From positions 30,305 to 94,304 of the forward strand of contig JBFWPF010000001.1 in NCBI GenBank assembly GCA_050250135.1: a stretch of 64,000 nt of DNA, written 5' to 3'. Positions 17,137 through 28,259 of this stretch are shown one piece after another. The DNA is from Parachlamydiales bacterium. Lineage in GTDB: Bacteria; Chlamydiota; Chlamydiia; Chlamydiales; JAFEGQ01. Below the pieces are notes generated by a model. That model made no database searches and was not told where the DNA came from. It saw only the letters and a program-made list of their open reading frames with translations. A program made the translations under genes and the position numbers. The stretch's first letter is position 1. Each line of letters opens with the position of its first letter.

Positions 17137-18171
17137 TTAAGGTGTAAAGGGACGGTTTGTGAGAGATTCGTAACCCTTACCGGTTACGACAACGGTATCC
17201 TCTAGTCGGACACCCCCCACTCCCGGCAGATAGATACCCGGTTCGATGGTGATCACCATCCCGGCCTCCATAGCCACCTTGCTATACGGCTCGCTGTCCC
17301 GTAGCACAGGGTGCTCATGGACCTCCAGGCCAACCCCGTGGCCCAAGCTGTGGCAAAAGGCCTCCCCATAGCCCGCCTCGGTAATAACCTCGCGCGCGGC
17401 CCGGTCGAGCTTGCTTGCCGTCACCCCTGGCTTTAGGATCGCCAGCGCCGCCTCCATCGCCTCCCTCACAATGCGGTAGATCTTCTTGATCTCAGGCTTT
17501 AGGGGGCCAAACCCGACCACCCGGGTCATATCCGATTGGTAGCGGTCAACCCGGAAGCCGAGGTCGAGCAAGACGGCGTCCCCCTCTTTAAGGGGAGTTC
17601 TGGCCGAGCGGTAGTGGGGGTAGGCACCATGCTCTCCAAAAGCGATGATCGGCTCAAAGGAGAGGGCCTCCCCCCCCTCGCCCAGACAAAAGAGCTCAAA
17701 CTCCCGGGCCAGCTCCCGCTCCTCCACACCCTCTCGCAGGCGGGTCAGCAGGTAGTCGTACCCCTTTCCGCATAGGGCGGCCGCTGCCCGCAAACGCTCG
17801 ATCTCGATCGGCTCCTTGACCGACCGGACCCGCTTCATCAGAGAGGGGACCGGGGTGAGCTTCAACTTGGCCGCCCACTTCTGGTAGGTCTGATAGGGGG
17901 TAGTCTCGCTATCGAAAGCAATCGCTCCCTTGGGAAGTTCGCCAAACACCTCATCCTTTAGAGGGGAGACCGGCATGGGGGCGGCGCTCGAACAGGCCTC
18001 CAGGTAACGCCCATCCACATAGAGGCGAGCCTCCTTACCGACAAAGAGGAGACCGGCGGAGAGGTTAAGGCCGGTCAAGTAGCCCAGGTCGATGGGGTTG
18101 TGGATGAGAGCGCCCACCGCTCCTACCTCAGCAGCTGCTTTCCGAACCCGATCTAAACGGCTATCCTTCAT
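17137..18171 (-). CDS. pepP: Xaa-Pro aminopeptidase (M24 family)
   Basis: M24 motifs DLGFRVDRYQSDMTR, HSLGHGVG and EPGIY. I prefer the ATG at 18171 (MKDSRLDR), which overlaps the mutL stop as ATGA. The ORF-track start is 18261. Confidence 0.85.
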   Translation of the reverse strand: MKDSRLDRVRKAAAEVGAVGALIHNPIDLGYLTGLNLSAGLLFVGKEARLYVDGRYLEACSSAAPMPVSPLKDEVFGELPKGAIAFDSETTPYQTYQKWAAKLKLTPVPSLMKRVRSVKEPIEIERLRAAAALCGKGYDYLLTRLREGVEERELAREFELFCLGEGGEALSFEPIIAFGEHGAYPHYRSARTPLKEGDAVLLDLGFRVDRYQSDMTRVVGFGPLKPEIKKIYRIVREAMEAALAILKPGVTASKLDRAAREVITEAGYGEAFCHSLGHGVGLEVHEHPVLRDSEPYSKVAMEAGMVITIEPGIYLPGVGGVRLEDTVVVTGKGYESLTNRPFTP

Positions 18172-19841
18172 CGGAACCTCCTCCCGATCTCTTCCAGCGT
18201 TAATAGGGAGCAAACCGGCCTCCCTTGAGGGCACCGGAGCGGCTCCCGACACTTTAGCCACTCTCGCACAAAACGGGGTGCCTGATCCAGCGTTGGCTTC
18301 AGGTGGGGAGCCACCCGGGTCGCCTCTCGCGCCGCCCCCTCTATCGAGATCTTACCCACACTTAATGTAGGAAGGATCTGCTCCAAGAGTCGCTTTACCT
18401 CGACACCGGCAAGGGGCGCCGGAACCCCCTCCACCACTACCTGCCGCTCCCCAAAGGGGCGGACCTGTAAACCTAGCGAATGTAAAGCCGCTTTACATTC
18501 GACCACCCTTTCGTACTCCTCGGGCAGCAGCTCGAGGGTAACCGGCACGGCTAACAGTTGGGAGGCCCCTTCCCCTTCGGTTTGGGCGAGTTTGTCAAAG
18601 GTAACCCGTGCGGCCGCTCGCCGGATATCGAGGAGCAGCAGCCCCTCTTGCCCCGCAAAGGGGCCGATCGGCTCAAGCAGCAGGTAATCTCCCAAATAGC
18701 CAAAGACCCTAACGGGCGCCTCTACTAAAATTGGCTCCTCCCACTGTACGGGCGCCGGGGAGGGGGCAAAGCGAAGCGGCTCAAAGGGGACCACCTCCTC
18801 TGCGACCATCGAAGGGGCAAAGGAGGGAAGGGGGCGCTCCCCCTCTAGTGCCCGGCCGATAGCGGCTAGGATGGCCCCCCTTAGCGCCCCCTCCTCCCGG
18901 AGACGGATCTCCCTCTTCTGGGGGTGAACGTTGACATCGAGCAGCGACGCGGGAAGGTCGATATGCAGAGCAAAGACAGGGTGGCGGCCGCTTCCCAGCC
19001 TAGTGCTAAAGGCATCGGCGACAGCGCCTGAGATCAAAGAGGAGAGGACCGGGCGCCGGTTGATCAGGAGCATCTGCCCCGCGCGGCTTGGCCGGGTAAA
19101 GCTGGGGCTCCCGACCACCCCTCGAATCTGAATCCCCTCCCGCTCCATCTCAACGGGAAGAAACTCCCCTCCAAGCAGGGTAGCGACCCGCTCCTCAAAA
19201 GCCTCTAGAAAGGGTCGCCCCTCTATGCCAACCGCCTCGAGGAGGAGCTCCTCTCCTTGCCAGAGGCGGAAGGTAGTCTCAGGGTGGGCAAGAGCAAGAA
19301 GGGTCACCGTCTTTTTGATCTGCCCCGTATCGGTCGCAGGGGAGCGTTGAAACCCCTTTCTCACCGGCGTGTTGAAGAAGAGCTCATCGACGGTGATCTG
19401 AGTTCCCTGCCTCCGGGCGATCATCTCCTTTCGCTGAATCACTCCCCCCTCCACCTGCAGGCGGATCCCCTCTCCCCCCTCAGAAGTCTCCAGCGTGAGC
19501 TTAGAGATCGAGGCGATCGAGGCGAGGGCCTCCCCCCGGAAGCCCATCGTTAGGACCGAGGCGAGGTCGGCCGCCGACCGGATCTTCGAAGTGGCATGGG
19601 GCTCGAGGGCTAGGTGGGCATCCTCCTCCCCCATCCCAACCCCATCATCCGCCACCCGGATCCGATCCTGCCCCCCCTCGAGGATCGAAATTTCGATATT
19701 TTTTGCTCCCGCATCTAAGCTGTTCTCTACCAGCTCTTTAACAACAGAGGCAGGGTTCTCGACCACCTCGCCCGCGGCGATCTGGTTCACATCCTCTGGG
19801 CTAAGCCGTTGAATCTTAGTAGACAAAGTCAATCCCCCCAA
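18168..19841 (-). CDS. mutL: DNA mismatch repair protein MutL
   Basis: N-terminal motifs IAAGEVVENPASVVKELVENSLDA and DDGVGM. The start is a TTG at 19841 or at 19826. Confidence 0.9.
   Translation of the reverse strand: MGGLTLSTKIQRLSPEDVNQIAAGEVVENPASVVKELVENSLDAGAKNIEISILEGGQDRIRVADDGVGMGEEDAHLALEPHATSKIRSAADLASVLTMGFRGEALASIASISKLTLETSEGGEGIRLQVEGGVIQRKEMIARRQGTQITVDELFFNTPVRKGFQRSPATDTGQIKKTVTLLALAHPETTFRLWQGEELLLEAVGIEGRPFLEAFEERVATLLGGEFLPVEMEREGIQIRGVVGSPSFTRPSRAGQMLLINRRPVLSSLISGAVADAFSTRLGSGRHPVFALHIDLPASLLDVNVHPQKREIRLREEGALRGAILAAIGRALEGERPLPSFAPSMVAEEVVPFEPLRFAPSPAPVQWEEPILVEAPVRVFGYLGDYLLLEPIGPFAGQEGLLLLDIRRAAARVTFDKLAQTEGEGASQLLAVPVTLELLPEEYERVVECKAALHSLGLQVRPFGERQVVVEGVPAPLAGVEVKRLLEQILPTLSVGKISIEGAAREATRVAPHLKPTLDQAPRFVREWLKCREPLRCPQGRPVCSLLTLEEIGRRFR
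18477..18501. repeat. palindromic motif copy CGAATGTAAAGC-C-GCTTTACATTCG (25-nt perfect palindrome)
   Basis: It lies inside mutL and is read as E-C-K-A-A-L-H-S. Confidence 0.85.
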
Positions 19842-19871
19842 TCGGCTCCATTCTATTAATCTTTACAAAAG

Positions 19872-19900
19872 TTGAAAATATCAAAAAAAAGACATATAAT
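19872..19900 (+). promoter_or_regulatory. sigma70-like promoter TTGAAA-N17-TATAAT
   Basis: The -35 box lies at 19872-19877 and the -10 box at 19895-19900. AAGGAG lies 5 nt before the ATG at 19923. Confidence 0.5.
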
Positions 19901-19922
19901 GTAGGGAGAGCAAGGAGTGATC

Positions 19923-20384
19923 ATGGAAATCCCACGCGAATACAAGGAATGGCATGAGGGGCACATTAACGCCCCCGGTCCTGCTTGGTACCAGAGCCTC
20001 CCCTGGCCCCTCTCTTCCCTTTGTGGAGCGGTGGGGAGCGGCTTTTCGGCCACAGGGCAATTTCTGAGCGACCACCCAACGGCCAAGTATGGGCTGATCA
20101 CGGCGGGCGCTGTCCTTCTCATCGTTGGGCTCGTCTATGCCCCCCAAATCATCGACTCGGGCTTTGTTCAGGGTATCCTCCATTCGAGCTTTGTGGAGTT
20201 TGGTACCTCGGTCTTCTTTGGTATTAAGGACACCTGGGCTGAGGTCTTCGGGACGACAGCCCTTATGGTCGGTCTGATGACCCTCCTCGACCCCAAGCCT
20301 CTCCGATGGGATGCGGGAGAGTGCACCATCCTGGCCCTTACCGCCATCCTCGGCGGCGGCATGATCTGGGGAATGGCCCGGTAG
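19923..20384 (+). CDS. hypothetical membrane protein
   Basis: The ATG at 19923 follows a good SD (the track's GTG start is at 19917). The protein has several hydrophobic segments. I recognise no family. Confidence 0.4.
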   Translation: MEIPREYKEWHEGHINAPGPAWYQSLPWPLSSLCGAVGSGFSATGQFLSDHPTAKYGLITAGAVLLIVGLVYAPQIIDSGFVQGILHSSFVEFGTSVFFGIKDTWAEVFGTTALMVGLMTLLDPKPLRWDAGECTILALTAILGGGMIWGMAR

Positions 20385-20418
20385 CGGTTAACCACTTTCC
20401 CTGATACCCTCACCCTTT

Positions 20419-21624
20419 ATGGAAAGAGACTTTGCCGCCCTCTCCCTCGTGGAGAGGCTCACTTCAGCGGGGCACCAGGCCCTCTATGCCGGCGGCTTTG
20501 TCCGCGACCTCCTCCTCGGCCACCACCCAGCCGACATCGATATTGCGACCAGCTGCCCAGCCGAAGAGCTGGCGACCCTCTTCCCCAAGACCATACCGGT
20601 TGGGATCCAATTTGGGTCGGTGATCGTGCCGGTGGAGAGCCACCAATTCGAGGTGACAACGTTTAGAAAGGAGGGGCCCTACCTCGACGGACGGCGCCCC
20701 TCCACAGTCGAGGCCTCTTCGGCCGAGGAGGATGCCAAGCGGCGCTCCTTCACCATCAATGGGATGTTCTACGACCCCCTTAAGGATGAGATTCTCGATT
20801 ATGTCGGGGGGCAGGCCGATCTGAAGAAGGGGATTATCCGAGCGATTGGCGACCCGATGGAGCGGTTTGCCGAAGACAAACTTCGGATGATTCGGGCAGT
20901 CCGCTTTGCGACCCGTTTTGACTTTGCGATTGAGCCCAAAACCCAAGCGGGTATTCAGGCAACGGTCGACGAGCTCTATCCCGCCGTTGCAGTCGAGCGG
21001 ATCTGGCAAGAGTTTAACAAGATGCAAGGTCCGGCCCACTTCGGCCGCTTTGTCACCGAGCTCTACCACTACGGCCTCCTCCAGATCATTTTCCCCGAGG
21101 CCCATACCGAGGAGATCGACGAACGGGTTGCTACCCTTGTCGAGCTGCCCGAAGAGAGTCCCACGATTGCCCTTCTGATGCAGCTCTTTCCCGAATCTCC
21201 CCTTTCGGAGCGGCTCGCCATCTGCGATGAGCTTAAGGTTTCAAACCGGGACAAAAAGCTGGTCGAGCGGCTCACCCAATGTGAAGAGTTGCTCGAAAGG
21301 GGATCCCGAGTCGACTGGATCCGGTTCTACGCCGATCCCTTGAGCGAACTCTGCCTGAAGATTGTCGCAGCTCGGCTAGATCCTGAGGAGCGGGGCCCCT
21401 TCTTTGCCCACCACCTCCGGGCCCGTTACGGCGCCTTGCGCCATATCGAGCGGCTCGAAAGGCGGACCCCTCTCGTCACCTCTGACCATCTGAAGGAGCG
21501 GGGGATCCAACCCGGGCCGGAGATGGGAAAACTCCTAGCCCAAGCCGAGGAGCTGGCCATTCGGGAGGACCTTCACCACCCCTCTGAGGTGCTGGATAGG
21601 ATTACAGCACGCGGACGGCCATAA
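20419..21624 (+). CDS. cca: CCA-adding enzyme / poly(A) polymerase family nucleotidyltransferase
   Basis: Motif GGFVRDLLLGHHPADIDIAT. Confidence 0.8.
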   Translation: MERDFAALSLVERLTSAGHQALYAGGFVRDLLLGHHPADIDIATSCPAEELATLFPKTIPVGIQFGSVIVPVESHQFEVTTFRKEGPYLDGRRPSTVEASSAEEDAKRRSFTINGMFYDPLKDEILDYVGGQADLKKGIIRAIGDPMERFAEDKLRMIRAVRFATRFDFAIEPKTQAGIQATVDELYPAVAVERIWQEFNKMQGPAHFGRFVTELYHYGLLQIIFPEAHTEEIDERVATLVELPEESPTIALLMQLFPESPLSERLAICDELKVSNRDKKLVERLTQCEELLERGSRVDWIRFYADPLSELCLKIVAARLDPEERGPFFAHHLRARYGALRHIERLERRTPLVTSDHLKERGIQPGPEMGKLLAQAEELAIREDLHHPSEVLDRITARGRP

Positions 21625-23413
21625 TGGTGATATCGTCGTGCTGAACATGGCCTCGGCAGAACCGTTTCACCGCTTCGACTAGGCCGTCAGCGATCTCCTC
21701 CGCATCGGCAGGGTGATCCTGCTCCAGGTAGGCCAAAAGGCGCTCCTCCCCAAAGAGCTCGAGCTTCTCATTGTGAGCCTCGGTAACCCCATCGGTCACC
21801 ATCAGGAGAAGGTCACCCGACTCGAGCTTCACCTCGTCGACCTCAACCCGGTCAAAGGGCTGAATCCCTAAAGCGAGCCCGTGCCCCTGAAGGGGCTCCA
21901 CCCTCCCATCCCGGCGGCGAAGGTAAGCGGGATTGTGCCCCTGAGAGGTGTAGGCAAGTCGCTTCTCCTCTCCATAAATGAGCGCAGAAAAGGCGGTCAC
22001 AAACATCCCCGTATCGGCCGTGTCGGCGCAGAAGATGTTGTTGGCATCGCGGACAATATCGGCAAGCCGCGCCCCATGAACGGTATAGGCCCTCAGCATG
22101 CTCCGGATGAGGAGAGCATACAGGCAGGCTGAGATCCCCTTGCCCGAGGCATCGGCCACGGTTAGAAGGACATCGCGCCCCTTATTCTCGATCGGAAAGA
22201 GGTCGTAAAAGTCGCCACCCACCTGCTTTGCGGGGAGGTAGCGGGCCCCAATATCGAAGCCCGGGAAGGTCGGCTTGGTGTGGGGGAGAATGCTGAGCTG
22301 GATCTGCTGGCCGATGTCGAGCTCCTTTTGAAAGGTCTCTCTCTGAATCCGCTCGGCATTTGCCTTAGCCATATTCTCCGAGAGGCTCTCAACCGTCTCG
22401 TTAAAGATCAGCCCGATCTGGTTGATCTCAAAACCCATGGGCTTTGGGTCAAAGCGGGGACTGAGGTCACCCTGGCTCACCGCCTGCATCACCTCCCGCA
22501 AATGGCCCAAGGGGACCCCCATCTTTTGCGTCAGGTAGAGGGCCAAGGCCCCACCCACTGCCAGGAGGAGAAAGAAGACCACCACCGTGCGGAGGAGCCG
22601 TTCGGTCTGAAAGGCCATCAGGGCCCCCCGATCGGCATCGACCACCAGAGAGAAGCCGGTCTTCCCAATCGGGGTCACCACCAGGATCCGGTCGCTCTCT
22701 CCCCACCGCAGGTTGTACCCCCCTGCGACTCCAGCAATAGGCTCCAAGGTGATCTCTGCCCCCCTCTCTTTTGGATCGAGAACCTGGAAGAGGAGGTCGG
22801 GATCTCCCGAAGCGTAGACCACCCTTTCTGGAGTCAAGACTGAGCAGTGGACCGGATAGCCGACATGGGGATTGGCCAGTATGGTGGTTAGGAGGGTGTC
22901 GATATCCCGTGCCACCACTAAAAATCCGGCTCCATTATCGACCAAACGGACCGCGTAGAGGTACTTTTCGAACTGGGTCGTGGAAAAACCGAGTACACTG
23001 ATCTGCCCCTGCTCGAGGGTCTGCTGCAGAGGGTAGTACCCACTAAAGTCCTCACCGACTTGACCCGGCTCGGAGCTAGCGGTCGCGACCCATCTCCCCT
23101 CCTCAATCGCGATGTAGAACGCTCTGGAGAGGCGCTGCCCTTTGACCACCGCCGAGAGGACCTCGCTGAGATCGCCCCTCCCCCTGAGGGCCTCTATCGT
23201 ATCGAGGGCATCGATCAGCTGGTTGTTCGCCATTTCGAATAGGGCGGCCCGCCCCTCGGCTATCTCCTCCAAGACGAGGATCGCCTGCTCGATATCCCGT
23301 TTGTAGTCAGCACGGTAGATGATCCCAAAGTAGACCATCAGGGGAACCGCGAAGACCAAAAAGCCCATCGCCAAAACCCGCAGTGGAAGGGAGCCTCGCG
23401 TAGGGCGCGCCAT
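21602..23413 (-). CDS. rsbU: RsbU-like PP2C (SpoIIE) phosphatase with periplasmic sensor domain and HAMP
   Basis: The SpoIIE region reads GGDFYDLFP...TVADASGKGISA...VTDGVTEA. The ATG is at 23413 (the track's TTG is at 23416). It overlaps cca by 23 nt in convergent orientation. Confidence 0.8.
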   Translation of the reverse strand: MARPTRGSLPLRVLAMGFLVFAVPLMVYFGIIYRADYKRDIEQAILVLEEIAEGRAALFEMANNQLIDALDTIEALRGRGDLSEVLSAVVKGQRLSRAFYIAIEEGRWVATASSEPGQVGEDFSGYYPLQQTLEQGQISVLGFSTTQFEKYLYAVRLVDNGAGFLVVARDIDTLLTTILANPHVGYPVHCSVLTPERVVYASGDPDLLFQVLDPKERGAEITLEPIAGVAGGYNLRWGESDRILVVTPIGKTGFSLVVDADRGALMAFQTERLLRTVVVFFLLLAVGGALALYLTQKMGVPLGHLREVMQAVSQGDLSPRFDPKPMGFEINQIGLIFNETVESLSENMAKANAERIQRETFQKELDIGQQIQLSILPHTKPTFPGFDIGARYLPAKQVGGDFYDLFPIENKGRDVLLTVADASGKGISACLYALLIRSMLRAYTVHGARLADIVRDANNIFCADTADTGMFVTAFSALIYGEEKRLAYTSQGHNPAYLRRRDGRVEPLQGHGLALGIQPFDRVEVDEVKLESGDLLLMVTDGVTEAHNEKLELFGEERLLAYLEQDHPADAEEIADGLVEAVKRFCRGHVQHDDITIMAVRVL

Positions 23414-23464
23414 CAATTACCCAACTTCGTTATTCTAAGGATGTCTCATAACACTTAGGGCACT

Positions 23465-24193
23465 ATGGAGACCATACGGAGCCTCAGCCACCCCAATGTA
23501 AAGCGGCTTTACAAGCTCCGTACCCGTCGAGAGGCTCGCGAGGAGGAGAGGAGGTGTGTGATCTACTCCGCCCTTATCCTGAAAGAGTTAAAGGGAGTTG
23601 TGCCCCTTCGAGAGCTCTGGGTATCGGGGGAGGTTCCGGCTGGCTTGGAACCCGAACGCCTCATCCTCACCACCCCAGAGGTCATCCGAAAGATCAGTGG
23701 GCTCCAGAGCGGAGAGGACCTGCTAGGGGTGGTCGACCTTCCTGCGGAGCGCCCCCTTACAGGGGAGCGGCTCCTCCTTCTCGACCGGATAGCCGACCCG
23801 GGCAATATGGGGACCCTGATCCGGACCGCCCTCGCCCTCGGCTGGGATGGGGTCTACTTTGTTGAGGGGGGGGCTGACCCCTTCAATGAGAAGGTCCTTC
23901 GGGCCTCAAGGGGGGCCCTTTTCCATCTCCCCTACCAGAGGGGGAGTGTCGAGGGGGCGCTCCTTGCCTGCCCTCACCATAAGTTGCTAGTGGCCGATGC
24001 AAAGGGGGAAGAGGCCGAAGAGAGGGGGGCACTCCTCCTCGCCCTAGGGAACGAGGCGGCAGGGCCCGATCCCTCCCTCCGCAAGCGGGGAAAGCTCGTA
24101 GGGATCCCCATCTCTCCTCAAATGGAATCGCTCAATGTGGCGATCGCTGGAGGGATCCTCCTTTACAAGCTGGGGCCTTATGGGAAGCGATAA
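23465..24193 (+). CDS. TrmH/SpoU-family RNA 2'-O-methyltransferase
   Basis: The SpoU motifs are DRIADPGNMGTLIRTA, LALGNEAAG and ESLNVAIAGGILLY. Confidence 0.8.
   Translation: METIRSLSHPNVKRLYKLRTRREAREEERRCVIYSALILKELKGVVPLRELWVSGEVPAGLEPERLILTTPEVIRKISGLQSGEDLLGVVDLPAERPLTGERLLLLDRIADPGNMGTLIRTALALGWDGVYFVEGGADPFNEKVLRASRGALFHLPYQRGSVEGALLACPHHKLLVADAKGEEAEERGALLLALGNEAAGPDPSLRKRGKLVGIPISPQMESLNVAIAGGILLYKLGPYGKR
23497..23513. repeat. palindromic motif copy TGTAAAGC-G-GCTTTACA
   Basis: It lies inside the trmH-family gene and is read as N-V-K-R-L-Y-K. Confidence 0.85.
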
Positions 24194-25259
24194 CGAGGGG
24201 CTCGAAGAGCATTTTGCCCGGAGGGAGAAGCGGGAGTCCCGCGCCCTCCGCAAGCGCGCTCAGCGGACCGACCGCTCGGGACAAAAGAAGAGCGACCGGG
24301 AGAAGGAGCGACCTGCCGAGATCCCCCTCCACCTCCCGAGGGGGAGGGTCCTAGCGATGCTGGGGAGGGAGATTGTGGTCGACCACAGGGGAGAGCGGCT
24401 CCACTGTGTTCTCCGAGGCTCGCTCAAGGAGGGAGCTAAGCGGCTAAAGACCCTCCTTGCGGTCGGCGACTTTGTCCGGTTTGAGCCGACAACCGAAGGG
24501 GAAGGGGTGATCGTCGCCATTGAGAAGCGCCGGTCGCTTCTCACTCGTGCCGATCCCCTCTCAAAGCGGCGGGCCCACCTCATCGCCGCTAACATCGACC
24601 TTGTGTTGATCACCGGCTCGGTCGTCTCCCCCCCGCTGAAGCCCCCCCTGATCGACCGCTACCTGATCGCTGCCCGCAAAGGGGGGATGGAGGCGGCCAT
24701 CGTCCTCAATAAGGTCGACCTTCTACAGGGGGGTGAGGAGCAGACCCTCTACGACCACTTTGTGGCTACCTACCGGGAGATTGGGTACACCGTCATCCCG
24801 ACAAGCATCGAGACCGGCGAGGGGATCGAGGAGATCCGGAGCGCCATGAGGGGAAAAGCCGCCGCCTTCTCGGGCCAGTCAGGGGTGGGAAAGTCCTCCC
24901 TCATCAACGCCGTTTGCGGCACTCACCTTGCGGTAGGCGATGTCGTCCGGACCACTCAGAAGGGGTCCCACACCACCACAAGGGCTCAGCTCCTCCCCCT
25001 TGGTGAGGAGACCTACTGCATCGACACTCCCGGGATCAAGAGCTTTGGCGTCTGGGAGCTCACCGCCGAGGAGCTACAGAGCCACTTTCCCGAGATTGCC
25101 CAGATGAGCAGTGGCTGCCGCTTCCCCAATTGCTCCCACACCCATGAGCCCTCCTGCGCTGTCCTAGAGGCCTTAGAAGCGGGGACCCTCTCTCAGCTCC
25201 GGTACCGCTCCTACACAACCCTATTAGCCGAGCTGGACACTCCCCACCTCAGGCGGTAG
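24180..25259 (+). CDS. rsgA: ribosome small-subunit-dependent GTPase A
   Basis: Motifs NKVDL and GQSGVGKSSLINA, plus the zinc motif CRFPNCSHTHEPSC. The alternative ATG at 24135 would overlap trmH by 59 nt. Confidence 0.85.
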   Translation: MGSDNEGLEEHFARREKRESRALRKRAQRTDRSGQKKSDREKERPAEIPLHLPRGRVLAMLGREIVVDHRGERLHCVLRGSLKEGAKRLKTLLAVGDFVRFEPTTEGEGVIVAIEKRRSLLTRADPLSKRRAHLIAANIDLVLITGSVVSPPLKPPLIDRYLIAARKGGMEAAIVLNKVDLLQGGEEQTLYDHFVATYREIGYTVIPTSIETGEGIEEIRSAMRGKAAAFSGQSGVGKSSLINAVCGTHLAVGDVVRTTQKGSHTTTRAQLLPLGEETYCIDTPGIKSFGVWELTAEELQSHFPEIAQMSSGCRFPNCSHTHEPSCAVLEALEAGTLSQLRYRSYTTLLAELDTPHLRR

Positions 25260-26630
<1,371 letters not shown>

Positions 26631-26634
26631 TTAC

Positions 26635-26663
26635 TTGATTTGTGCCCTTTAAGCGCCTAAATA
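26635..26663 (+). promoter_or_regulatory. possible sigma70-like promoter TTGATT-N17-TAAATA
   Basis: The -35 box lies at 26635-26640 and the -10 box at 26658-26663, upstream of the ORF at 26691. Confidence 0.35.
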
Positions 26664-26690
26664 GGGGGATAGAAACTCTCTCTCTTTTTT

Positions 26691-27083
26691 ATGCGCTGTT
26701 ACACCATTGCCCTTTTTGGCCAGACAGAGCGGGGCCAGTACCGGGTCGCCCACTACTGCAACGACTTGGCCCAGCTTGTGGAGACCTTTGGTCACCCCCC
26801 TCCTGAGACCACCGGGCTCTATCTCGCGATCCAAGCCCTCCTCTATAACCGGGCCATCATCTTCTTCCGAGTTGAAGAGGAGGGGTTTAGCGTCGATGAT
26901 TACCTTCTTGGACTCAACTACTTAAAGGGGCAAGACAAAAAGCAACGGATCGCTGCGATCGGCCTACCCGGGGTAGGGGATCGGGAGATCATCGAGGCTA
27001 GCACTCCGATCTGCACCGAGCACAAAAGCCTCCTCGTCTTTACCGAGGCCGACCTATACGACTACCTAACGGCTGAGAAATAG
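26691..27083 (+). CDS. hypothetical protein (130 aa)
   Basis: An ATG ORF with no recognised motif. It overlaps ahpC by 22 nt in convergent orientation. Confidence 0.4.
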   Translation: MRCYTIALFGQTERGQYRVAHYCNDLAQLVETFGHPPPETTGLYLAIQALLYNRAIIFFRVEEEGFSVDDYLLGLNYLKGQDKKQRIAAIGLPGVGDREIIEASTPICTEHKSLLVFTEADLYDYLTAEK

Positions 27084-27649
27084 GACTTAAGGCCTTTATC
27101 GTCGGGCCGCATCCCCTTTTTCCCCTTCGCCCAGTTAGCGGGGCAGACCTCCCCGTTCTCTTCAAAGAAGAGGAGGGCATCGAGCATCCGAATCGCCTCA
27201 TCGACCGACCGGCCGAGGGGGAGATCGTTGACCACCTGGTGGCGGACGATCCCCGACCGGTCGATCAGGAAGAGGCCCCGATAGGCCACCCCCTCCTCTC
27301 CATGGAGGACATCGTAGTCCCGGGCAATCGTCTTGTTGATATCGGAGACGAGGGGGTACTCGATCCCCTCAATTCCCCCTTGAGCCTTAGGGGTTCTGAG
27401 CCAGGCAAAGTGGGAGAAGTGGCTATCGACCGAACAGCCCACCACCTCACAGTTGCGCGCCTTAAAATCGCCTAGCCTCTCCTGAAAGGCGTGCAATTCG
27501 GTCGGACAGACGAAGGTGAAATCAAGGGGATAGAAGAAGAGAACGACATAGCGCCCCCGCATCTCCTCTAGTGAAAGGTCCACGACCTTGCCGCCCACCA
27601 CCGCTTTCGTTTTGAAGGCTGGCGCCTCCTTACCCACAAGTACACCCAT
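27062..27649 (-). CDS. ahpC: 2-Cys peroxiredoxin (AhpC/Tsa family)
   Basis: The peroxidatic Cys lies in FTFVCPTE and the resolving Cys in EVCPANW. I prefer the ATG at 27649 (MGVLVGKEAPAF). Confidence 0.9.
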   Translation of the reverse strand: MGVLVGKEAPAFKTKAVVGGKVVDLSLEEMRGRYVVLFFYPLDFTFVCPTELHAFQERLGDFKARNCEVVGCSVDSHFSHFAWLRTPKAQGGIEGIEYPLVSDINKTIARDYDVLHGEEGVAYRGLFLIDRSGIVRHQVVNDLPLGRSVDEAIRMLDALLFFEENGEVCPANWAKGKKGMRPDDKGLKSYFSAVR

Positions 27650-27659
27650 CTCACACCTC

Positions 27660-28259
27660 CTAATAAATCTCTTTTTCCCGACCCACTGTCGTTTTGGGCC
27701 CATGCCCACTGTAAATCACCGTCTCTGGCGGCAACCTAGCGATCCGCTCCAAGGAGGTCCCCATCCGCTCCGGCTCCGAGGTGGGGAGGGAGAGCGACCC
27801 GATCGCTCCCCGGAACAGCAGGTCACCACAAAAGAGGATCCCCTCCTCCTCACAATAAAAGCAGACCAGGCCCGGGGCGTGCCCCGGGGTGTGAAGGACC
27901 CTAAAGGTGATCCCCCCCACCTTGATCTCCTCCCCATCGCTTAGGAGGTGATCGGGCTCTCTTCCCGCAATCGCCCCGATAATGGGGGTTAACCCATCAG
28001 CGCCCGGATGGCGGAGATTTTCGGCATCCTCCGGATGGATGTAAACCTCAGCCCCAAAGTGGTCGGCCAGCTCCCCACAATCGGCGATATGGTCCCAGTG
28101 GGAGTGGGTAAGGAGAATTTTTCCTATACCCTTTCCCTCCTGCATAATTGAGGGGGCCGAGCCGGGCGGGCAGTCGATCAGGGCCCCTTCCCCCTCTGAG
28201 AGAACCAGATAACCGTTTGTGCTTAGGGGGCCTGACGTGAAGACCTTGATCTCAACCAT
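27660..28259 (-). CDS. metallo-beta-lactamase-fold hydrolase (glyoxalase II-like)
   Basis: The THSHWDH motif is present. The N-terminus MVEIKVFTSGPLSTNGYLV is typical of the family. The ATG directly abuts the tRNA 3' end. Confidence 0.8.
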   Translation of the reverse strand: MVEIKVFTSGPLSTNGYLVLSEGEGALIDCPPGSAPSIMQEGKGIGKILLTHSHWDHIADCGELADHFGAEVYIHPEDAENLRHPGADGLTPIIGAIAGREPDHLLSDGEEIKVGGITFRVLHTPGHAPGLVCFYCEEEGILFCGDLLFRGAIGSLSLPTSEPERMGTSLERIARLPPETVIYSGHGPKTTVGREKEIY

